From assembly GCA_021802085.1 (NCBI GenBank), contig JAKAAZ010000001.1:1-50705 (forward strand): 50,705 bases of DNA. The letters are read 5' to 3'. Origin of the DNA: Acidobacteriota bacterium. Lineage in GTDB: Bacteria; Acidobacteriota; Terriglobia; Terriglobales; Acidobacteriaceae. The stretch's first letter is position 1, and each line of letters begins with the position of its first letter. Positions 43,847 to 50,705 of the stretch are shown here, one piece after another. The translations under genes were made by a program, and so were the position numbers. The notes under the pieces were generated by a model. It ran no database searches. It was not told where the DNA came from and saw only the letters and a list, made by a program, of their open reading frames with translations.

Positions 43847-46120
43847 TTGGCGAGCACTGCGGAACCACCGTCCAGCCAGCCGGCCAGTTCACCGGCCAAG
43901 GCAAATGTCAGGCCGGACCACTCGATCCTCCCCTTGGAATTTCAGCCCTACATCCAGCCGGAAGATTCGCGCCCTGAATTTACTTTCCGCGCCATTTTTC
44001 TGGGATGTATTTTCGGCATTCTGTTTGGCGCGGTCACAGTGTATGTCGGACTGCGCGCCGGACTCACGGTTGCAGCGTCGATTCCTATCGCGGTGCTTTC
44101 GATCAGCGTGCTGCGCGCGCTGGGGCGCGCTTCGATCCTGGAAAACAACATCGTGCAGACGACGGGCAATGCCGGCCAGTCCATTGCTGCTGGAGTGATC
44201 TTCACGCTGCCCGCGCTGATCTTTCTGGGCTTCGACCTGGAATACTCGCGTATCTTTTTTCTGGCGCTGCTGGGCGGATGGCTCGGCGTCTTCTTCATGA
44301 TTCCGCTGCGCCGGGAATTGATCGTGAAAGAACATGGCCACCTCACCTACCCCGAGGGCACCGCCTGTGCCGATGTGCTACTTGCCGGGGAACGCGGCGG
44401 ATCGTTTGCCAGCCGCGTCTTCTGGGGTCTCGGCCTGGGTGCCGTGTACACGCTGTTTCAAAACGGCAACCTGTTCAGCGCGTGGCCCAGCACGCCGAAT
44501 TATGAGCCGCGCTGGCTGCCGGGCTCGGCCATTCGCGCCGATGCCACGCCGGAGTATCTCGGAGTCGGCTACATCATTGGCCCGCGCGTCGCAGGAACAA
44601 TTTTCTCCGGGGGTGTCTTCTCCTGGCTGGTGCTGATGCCGGCGATCCACTTTTTCGGCTCCCATTTCAATAGCCCGATCTACCCGGGAACGCAGCCCAT
44701 CGCACAAATGAATCCCAGCGACCTGTGGGCGGCGTATGTGCGGCCGATGGGCGCGGGCGCGGTGGCCGCGGCGGGAATCCTCACTTTATTGCGAACGCTG
44801 CCTACTATCTGGGGAGCCTTCCGCGAAGGGATCGTGACCATCGGAAAGTCTCGCGCAGCGGCTGCCGCGGAGAAACGCACGGACCGCGACTTCCCTATGT
44901 CCGTCGTCGTCGGTGGTTCAGTTCTGCTGGTTGTGCTGATGTTCCTGTTCCTGACGTTCAAGCCGGTCCCCGGCGCGCAAACCAGCCTGCTGGCGAATCT
45001 GGCGGCATCGCTGCTGGTGGTGGTATTTGGATTCCTGTTCGTTACGGTTTCCTCGCGCATTGTCGGCCTGATCGGCAGCTCGGCGAACCCGATTTCCGGC
45101 ATGACGATTGCGACATTGATGGCGACCTCGGCGATTTTTCTGGTGAAGGGATGGACGGCACCGGCCTTCGGCGCGTTGGCCATTACGATTGGCGGCGTGG
45201 TGTGCATCGCATCGGCAAACGCTGGGGACACATCGCAGGACCTGAAGACCGGCTTTCTGATCGGAGCCACTCCGTGGAAGCAGCAACTGGCACTGCTGAT
45301 CGGCGTCTGCATCTCCACGCTTTCCATCGGCGTAACCCTGACCGCCATGAATCGCGGCCTGGAAGAATTTCGTCCGGCGAACGAGGTCTACAGCCTGGCC
45401 CATCCCGACGACGGGGTGACGGTCCAGCAGGAACATTTTTCTCGCGGGCAGTTCCGCGTGAAGCTTCTGAACGGCAAAGAACAGCTCGACTACGGCAAGA
45501 ATTATGTGCTGTTGAACGCGCTGGGATCGCACAAGCTGGCCGATGGAAAATATCTCTTCAATCCAGCGACAGGACGGATCGAAGTGCAGTGGATTGAAGG
45601 CATCGGCAGCGAGCGCGCCGCAGCACCGCAAGCTCGGCTGATGGCGACTGTCATCAATGGAATCCTGACCCGCCAGCTACCGTGGGGTCTGATTCTGCTG
45701 GGAGTTTTTCTTGTAATCGCTGTCGAGTTGCTCGGGGTCCGCTCGCTTTCCTTCGCTGTCGGCGCCTATCTTTCGATCGGCACGACTCTGGCGATCTTCT
45801 GCGGTGGCGTGGTGCGCTGGATGATCGATCGCGCGGTGGCACGCGATGGCACGGCCCCTGGAGCACTCGAAGGTGAGATCAGTCCAGGCTCTCTCTATGC
45901 AAGCGGATTGATTGCCGCTGGAGGCATCGTGGGGCTATTAGGTGTCGCGCTCAAGCTGTATGAGTCCGCCACAGGAAAGTTCGACCTGCTGAAGATGTCG
46001 CCGAACAACCCCTTCTATCACGATTGGATTTCGGTGCTGATGTTCGGGCTGCTGGCGGCATCGCTGTTCTACTTTGCGCGCCGCCAGCTTAACCCTCCGA
46101 AGCCTCGCTCATCGGAATAG
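43847..46120 (+). CDS. OPT-family oligopeptide transporter
   Basis: 757 aa, many TM helices. TTG start 9 nt after AGGAGG. Motifs such as NIVQTTGNAGQSIAAG and PEGTACA are typical of bacterial OPT proteins. Confidence 0.85.
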   Translation: MASTAEPPSSQPASSPAKANVRPDHSILPLEFQPYIQPEDSRPEFTFRAIFLGCIFGILFGAVTVYVGLRAGLTVAASIPIAVLSISVLRALGRASILENNIVQTTGNAGQSIAAGVIFTLPALIFLGFDLEYSRIFFLALLGGWLGVFFMIPLRRELIVKEHGHLTYPEGTACADVLLAGERGGSFASRVFWGLGLGAVYTLFQNGNLFSAWPSTPNYEPRWLPGSAIRADATPEYLGVGYIIGPRVAGTIFSGGVFSWLVLMPAIHFFGSHFNSPIYPGTQPIAQMNPSDLWAAYVRPMGAGAVAAAGILTLLRTLPTIWGAFREGIVTIGKSRAAAAAEKRTDRDFPMSVVVGGSVLLVVLMFLFLTFKPVPGAQTSLLANLAASLLVVVFGFLFVTVSSRIVGLIGSSANPISGMTIATLMATSAIFLVKGWTAPAFGALAITIGGVVCIASANAGDTSQDLKTGFLIGATPWKQQLALLIGVCISTLSIGVTLTAMNRGLEEFRPANEVYSLAHPDDGVTVQQEHFSRGQFRVKLLNGKEQLDYGKNYVLLNALGSHKLADGKYLFNPATGRIEVQWIEGIGSERAAAPQARLMATVINGILTRQLPWGLILLGVFLVIAVELLGVRSLSFAVGAYLSIGTTLAIFCGGVVRWMIDRAVARDGTAPGALEGEISPGSLYASGLIAAGGIVGLLGVALKLYESATGKFDLLKMSPNNPFYHDWISVLMFGLLAASLFYFARRQLNPPKPRSSE

Positions 46121-47276
46121 CTTGCGGGCTGGGAACGCGGGTGGGTGGGAACTGCGCGCGGGCGTGTTTCAGAGCTGGCAGAACCTGGTGCAACCAGTTG
46201 CGGGTAGGCCGCTCGATAAATCTATAGGCGACCAACGCGGCAATCTCCAGCATGATGTATGAGATCCAGGGATCGAAGCGCGCGATGTGGAAACGCACCA
46301 GCAATCCGCTTTCATGAATCCAGCGCCACAGGTTGAAATGGAGGATGTACAGGCAGTAGCTGGCCTCGCCAACCGCGACGAACAGCGGAAAACGCAGGAA
46401 CCGTGTGATGGGATGATGTCCCGTCAGGCCTAGGATGGTGATGGCGAACAACGGCGTGATCAGCCCGTTATGCATCAGCAGAAACGGCATCTTCGTTCCC
46501 TGCATCAACACCGTGGATACAGTGCCCAGCCCTATGATCGCCAACCAGTAACGAGTGCGATTCGCCAACTGCATCCGGTCATTCAGTTTGGAGAGCACGA
46601 TTCCGGCGGTAAACGTAGGCAGATGCGGCAGCGGCGTCATCTTTACGGCGCGCAGCCAGTAGCTGTTGGACATGCGGGTGATTGGCCCCAGACCATCCGG
46701 CCGCACCCACATGTAAACCGCCGGAAGCACCAGAGATGCCAGCCAGCATCCTGCCAGAATGAGGAGCAGCTTCCGCGTTTGCAGGGGCCATTTCACGGCC
46801 AGCAGTACGGGAAATAGCAGGTAAAACACCGTCTCGCACGAGAGCGTCCACGCCGGAGTGTTCCAGAACGTGCATAGCCTCGGGCTCCAGCCCTGCTGCA
46901 TGATCGCGGTCAGCCCCACACCCTGAAAAAACTGCGCATGGGTCCGGTATTTCCATTCCAGCTCCAGAATTGGAATAGAAATCAGCAGGCCCAGCAGATA
47001 GACGGGGTAGAGCCGCGAAAAACGAGTCTGCCAGAACTGGCGGCGGTCGAACTGCCTGGCGGCATAGCGGTCCGTGTAGTTGTAGGCGAGGATAAAACCG
47101 GACAGAAGAAAGAAGAAATTGACGCCGACATAGCCGTTATCCATCATGGGAGCCAGCGGACCGAACCAGGCTGGGTTCCAGAAATGAAAAAAGACGATGT
47201 TGGTTGCGGTAAAGGCGCGAAGGCCAGTCAGTGCGGGCATGACGGGCCGGCGTGGAATGGGGATCGCGAGTGCCAT
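46089..47276 (-). CDS. Acyltransferase family 3 membrane protein (O-acyltransferase)
   Basis: LTGLRAFTATNIVFFHF start and about 10 TM helices typical of acyltransferase_3. ATG at 47276, 5 nt after the pyrH stop. Confidence 0.8.
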   Translation of the reverse strand: MALAIPIPRRPVMPALTGLRAFTATNIVFFHFWNPAWFGPLAPMMDNGYVGVNFFFLLSGFILAYNYTDRYAARQFDRRQFWQTRFSRLYPVYLLGLLISIPILELEWKYRTHAQFFQGVGLTAIMQQGWSPRLCTFWNTPAWTLSCETVFYLLFPVLLAVKWPLQTRKLLLILAGCWLASLVLPAVYMWVRPDGLGPITRMSNSYWLRAVKMTPLPHLPTFTAGIVLSKLNDRMQLANRTRYWLAIIGLGTVSTVLMQGTKMPFLLMHNGLITPLFAITILGLTGHHPITRFLRFPLFVAVGEASYCLYILHFNLWRWIHESGLLVRFHIARFDPWISYIMLEIAALVAYRFIERPTRNWLHQVLPALKHARAQFPPTRVPSPQAIPMSEASEG

Positions 47277-47281
47277 GGAGC

Positions 47282-47986
47282 CTACGTGGTGACCAGTGAG
47301 CCAACTTTTTCGCCGGCAATTGCGCGCCGAATGTTGCCCGGTTGGTTCATGCTGAAGATGATCATCGGCAGATCGTTGTCCTTGCAAAGACTCACGGCTG
47401 TCATGTCCATCACTCGCAGGTTCCTCTGCAGGATTTCCATGTAGCTGATTTCGTCAAATTTGACCGCATCCTTATGCAGGACGGGATCGGCACTGTAAAT
47501 ACCCTCCACCTTGGTCGCCTTCAACAGTACGTCGGCCTTGATCTCCATGGCGCGCAGCGAGGCGGCGGTGTCGGTCGAAAAATACGGATTGCCGGTGCCG
47601 GCGGCAAAAATTACCACTCTTCCTTTTTCTAGATGCCGGATCGCGCGACGGCGGATGTACGGCTCGGAAACCTGGTTCATTTCAATGGCGCTCATGACGC
47701 GGCAGAACACATTCTGTTTTTCCAGAGCATCCTGCACCGCCAGCGCGTTGATGATGGTGGCCAGCATGCCCATGTGGTCCGCCGAGACGCGGTCCATGTT
47801 CTGCGCCTGTTCGGCCACGCCGCGGAAAAAATTGCCTCCGCCCACCACGATCGCCAGTTCCACGCCCATGGTATGCACGTCTGCGATTTCCGCTGCAATT
47901 TCATGCACCCGTGTGACGTCGACCCCGAAGCCGCGGTCCGCCGCCAGCGCCTCGCCGGAAAGCTTGAGAAGAACTCGTTTGTACAT
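47282..47986 (-). CDS. pyrH: UMP kinase
   Basis: [14 protein letters not shown]... is a canonical amino-acid-kinase-fold UMPK. ATG at 47986. Confidence 0.95.
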   Translation of the reverse strand: MYKRVLLKLSGEALAADRGFGVDVTRVHEIAAEIADVHTMGVELAIVVGGGNFFRGVAEQAQNMDRVSADHMGMLATIINALAVQDALEKQNVFCRVMSAIEMNQVSEPYIRRRAIRHLEKGRVVIFAAGTGNPYFSTDTAASLRAMEIKADVLLKATKVEGIYSADPVLHKDAVKFDEISYMEILQRNLRVMDMTAVSLCKDNDLPMIIFSMNQPGNIRRAIAGEKVGSLVTT

Positions 47987-48115
47987 GCCTTTTGAGTATC
48001 TCAGAAGTTGGATAGGTGCGTCAGCAGCCCGATAGAGGGCATGATTGAGCTTGCTCATCCTATGCTAGGATTGGCAGCAGCGCAAGTAAACGGCTACGAT
48101 CTGAGGCTAAAGTGG

Positions 48116-48526
48116 GTGACCGACCATGTCGATCGCGCGAAGCGCTCGCTCATCATGGCTGCGGTGCATTCCAAGGACACCAAGCCGGAAATGGCCGTGC
48201 GGAAAATCGTCCATGCCTTGGGATATCGCTATCGGCTTTACGACATCAGCCTGCCGGGGCGACCGGATTTGGTCTTTCTTTCTCGCCGGAAAGTGATATT
48301 CGTGCATGGATGCTTTTGGCATCGGCATCCGAAGTGCAAGTATGCAACAAGACCAAAGTCGCGAGTGGATTTTTGGGAACTGAAATTCAGCGCCAATGTG
48401 GCGCGGGATCGCCGTACTCGGCGAGAGTTGAAAAAGTTGGGCTGGACAATACTCACGGTATGGCAATGCGAACTCAAGAAACCCGAGAAATTGACGGAGC
48501 GACTCAATGAATTTCTCGCGAACTAA
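48116..48526 (+). CDS. vsr: Very short patch repair endonuclease
   Basis: The GTG start gives VTDHVDRAKRSLIMAAVHSKDTKPE, collinear with the E. coli Vsr N-terminus. LPGRPDLVF and FVHGCFWH motifs. Confidence 0.9.
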   Translation: MTDHVDRAKRSLIMAAVHSKDTKPEMAVRKIVHALGYRYRLYDISLPGRPDLVFLSRRKVIFVHGCFWHRHPKCKYATRPKSRVDFWELKFSANVARDRRTRRELKKLGWTILTVWQCELKKPEKLTERLNEFLAN

Positions 48527-49814
48527 GCATGGAAAGGGTGTAGGGCGCCCGATCGGAATCGACCTGTTTGCAGGTGCCGGCGGTCTATCGCTCGGATTCG
48601 AACAAGCGGGATTCGATGTAGCGGCTGCGGTCGAGATCGATCCGATCCATTGCGCCGTGCATGAGTTCAATTTCCCCAATTGCACCACTATATGTGCGGA
48701 CGCTTCGAAGATCTCTGGAGCCGATATCAGAAAAGCCGCGAAACTGAACGGCGCCCGCGTGGACGTAGTCTTCGGGGGGGCACCTTGCCAAGGATTCTCG
48801 CTGATCGGGAAGAGGGCCTTGGACGACCCGCGCAATCGCCTGCTTCTGGAATTTGTCCGCCTCACCGTCGAATTGGATGCGCGTTATTTCATATTCGAAA
48901 ACGTGAAAGGGCTGACGGTCGGCCAGCATAGACAATTGCTCGATGAGTTGATCGATGCATTCCACGACAACGGATATGAAGTGCGCTTGCCGTATCGGGT
49001 CCTCAACGCAGCCGAGTTCGGCGTACCTCAAGATCGGCGCCGACTTTTCTTGATTGGCGCAAAGAATGGCCTTCCGTTGCCACAATACCCGACCGCTGTT
49101 GCCGCTGTGCCCACAACCGTGTGGGAAGCTATTGGAGACCTGCCGAATGCCGATCGGTATCCTGAGTTGCTGGAATCCGATGCAGTCGCAAAGGTCCGGT
49201 TCGGTAAAGCGTCGCGCTATGCGCGGGTTCTGCGTGGATTGGATGAAGATGTCCGAGACTTTTCATACCCAAGAGAATGGGACCCGAAGCGTCTCACCTC
49301 CAGTATGCGCACCGAACATACCCCATTGTCGCAACGGCGATTCAAAGCCACCGAGTCGGGCAAGGTGGAAACAGTGAGCCGGTTTCTCAAGCTCGATCCA
49401 GAAGGACTATGCAACACTCTCCGAGCCGGAACCGGTAGCGACCGCGGAGCGTTCACCTCACCGCGCCCGATCCATCCCTACGCCCCGCGTTGCATCACTG
49501 TCCGCGAAGCGGCGCGGCTTCATTCCTATCCCGACTGGTTCCGCCTGCACACGACAAAATGGCATGGGTTCCGTCAGATTGGAAACTCCGTACCGCCTCT
49601 TCTCGGTCGTGCGGTGGCCTCGGAACTGCTTATATCGATGAAGAAAGGGCCTCAGCGTCCAGAGAACACTATCGAACTTGGACCGGATTTTCTGCTGCAA
49701 ATGACAATGAGCGCTGCGGCGAGGTATTACGGCGTCTCTGAGAATATCGTCGGCAAGCGGCTTCGCCCGGCGGACCGTTCGGATGTCGCGCAGCTCAACT
49801 TTGCAATGGCTTGA
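48507..49814 (+). CDS. dcm: DNA (cytosine-5)-methyltransferase
   Basis: Motif I DLFAGAGGLSLGF, motif IV GGAPCQGFS (PCQ at 48783-48791), motif VI ENVKGL, motif VIII QDRRRLF, motif X QIGNSVPPLL. Confidence 0.93.
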   Translation: MNFSRTKHGKGVGRPIGIDLFAGAGGLSLGFEQAGFDVAAAVEIDPIHCAVHEFNFPNCTTICADASKISGADIRKAAKLNGARVDVVFGGAPCQGFSLIGKRALDDPRNRLLLEFVRLTVELDARYFIFENVKGLTVGQHRQLLDELIDAFHDNGYEVRLPYRVLNAAEFGVPQDRRRLFLIGAKNGLPLPQYPTAVAAVPTTVWEAIGDLPNADRYPELLESDAVAKVRFGKASRYARVLRGLDEDVRDFSYPREWDPKRLTSSMRTEHTPLSQRRFKATESGKVETVSRFLKLDPEGLCNTLRAGTGSDRGAFTSPRPIHPYAPRCITVREAARLHSYPDWFRLHTTKWHGFRQIGNSVPPLLGRAVASELLISMKKGPQRPENTIELGPDFLLQMTMSAAARYYGVSENIVGKRLRPADRSDVAQLNFAMA

Positions 49815-49822
49815 AGGACTGA

Positions 49823-50705
49823 ATGGCGAAAAGGTCAGACAAAGCGGCGCAGTATGTGCCGATCATCGTCCATGTGTTTCGGAAATATTGGGCGAAAGGT
49901 ACAGTGGAGTTCGAGTTCCATCGCGACGAGTTGGTTGAAGCGGCAGAAGCGGTTGGCGTCGAGCGCCCGGATAACTTGGGCGACGTAATTTACAGCTTTA
50001 AATTTCGACGGGACTTACCTGCTGAAATACTGAAAACGGCACCGAAGGGTAAGGCATGGATTATCGAAGGCGCGGGAAGAAGCTTGTATCGCTTCAGGCT
50101 CGTTGAGGCCGGTGGGACGACGATCAGGCCGCGCGAAGACATAGCTGCCACAAAGATCCCCGATTCCACTCCGGAAATTATAGGTGCCTATGCGCTTGGC
50201 GATGAACAGGCACTGTTGGCTAAGGTTCGCTACAACAGGTTGATCGATATCTTTCTTGGGCTGACGACGTATTCTCTACAAAACCATCTTCGTACTCATG
50301 TAAAGGGTATGGGACAGATCGAAATCGACGAGATTTATGTTGGACTCAATCGGAACGGCGCCCATTACGTGATACCGGTACAGGCGAAAGGTGGATCGGA
50401 CAAGCTTTCGCCCGTACAGACCACGCAGGATATCGCATGTTGCGAAGCCAAATTTCCGGATTTGATTTGCCGGCCAGTATCCGCGCAATTCATGGAGGAC
50501 GATGCCATAGCACTCTTTGAATTGACCGTTGAGGCAGGGCGCGTACTCATCGTCGAAGAACGTCACTATCGCCTCGTCCCTAGAAGTCTGTCGGGCATAG
50601 CGTTTTGCCAAGGCCGATTCAGCGGTTTGCAGAGTTGGTGTTCGATCTGGGGGGCGCAGGCCGTAATCCCGTTGGTAGCTTATAGCAGGCTTTCTGTGCC
50701 GTTTT
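49823..50705 (+). CDS. Putative Type II restriction endonuclease (PD-(D/E)XK-like), partial; runs off window
   Basis: Hand translation from ATG 49823 (AAGGA 5 nt upstream) gives 294 codons without a stop: MAKRSDKAAQYVPIIVHVFRKYW...QIEIDEIYVGLNRNGAHYVIPVQAKGG... It lies 8 nt downstream of dcm on the same strand and is absent from the supplied ORF track. Confidence 0.5.
   Translation, partial: MAKRSDKAAQYVPIIVHVFRKYWAKGTVEFEFHRDELVEAAEAVGVERPDNLGDVIYSFKFRRDLPAEILKTAPKGKAWIIEGAGRSLYRFRLVEAGGTTIRPREDIAATKIPDSTPEIIGAYALGDEQALLAKVRYNRLIDIFLGLTTYSLQNHLRTHVKGMGQIEIDEIYVGLNRNGAHYVIPVQAKGGSDKLSPVQTTQDIACCEAKFPDLICRPVSAQFMEDDAIALFELTVEAGRVLIVEERHYRLVPRSLSGIAFCQGRFSGLQSWCSIWGAQAVIPLVAYSRLSVPF

Noticed and set aside
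1-50705. CRISPR arrays, rRNA, tRNA and tmRNA genes
   Set aside because: I saw no regularly spaced direct repeats with unique spacers and no rRNA- or tRNA-like conserved strings in any intergenic region. The only repeats are the palindromic family listed above.

Overview
About 50.7 kb of a moderately GC-rich bacterial chromosome. It is most consistent with Acidobacteriota: an ADOP-type duplicated FtsX permease, BamA/Skp, TonB-receptor and glycan genes, and a family of palindromic 'GTCATTCTGAGC...'-type intergenic repeats. The backbone is housekeeping: asnS, recA, coaD, an aminotransferase, a GDP-mannose operon (manA-manC-PMM-HAD), rfbG plus a GT2, gmd, lepA, skp, bamA, a Mo-bisMGD oxidoreductase, frr, lipA, comF, an OPT transporter and pyrH. 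Accessory or decayed material is interspersed. (i) At 2.4-6.3 kb there is a stand-alone MmeI-family Type IIL restriction-modification enzyme, a 46-codon ispE remnant and a vapBC module abutting recA. (ii) A parE/relE-RHH module follows the ADOP permease. (iii) A lacI-GH42 locus retains only the last ~55 codons of a TonB-dependent receptor. (iv) An IS3-type transposase remnant and a headless lysR fragment lie upstream of lepA. (v) At the 3' edge there is a vsr-dcm-ORF module; its third gene is missing from the supplied ORF track because it runs off the window, and it looks like an unassigned PD-(D/E)XK-type restriction nuclease. I recognised no rRNA, tRNA or CRISPR array. I did not find a clear multi-gene system of wholly unknown type. 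The best novelty candidates are the two restriction-modification loci (unknown specificities, unassigned nuclease), the apparently leaderless layout of the accessory operons, and the repeat family. All calls come from reading the sequence and translations by eye; no searches were run.
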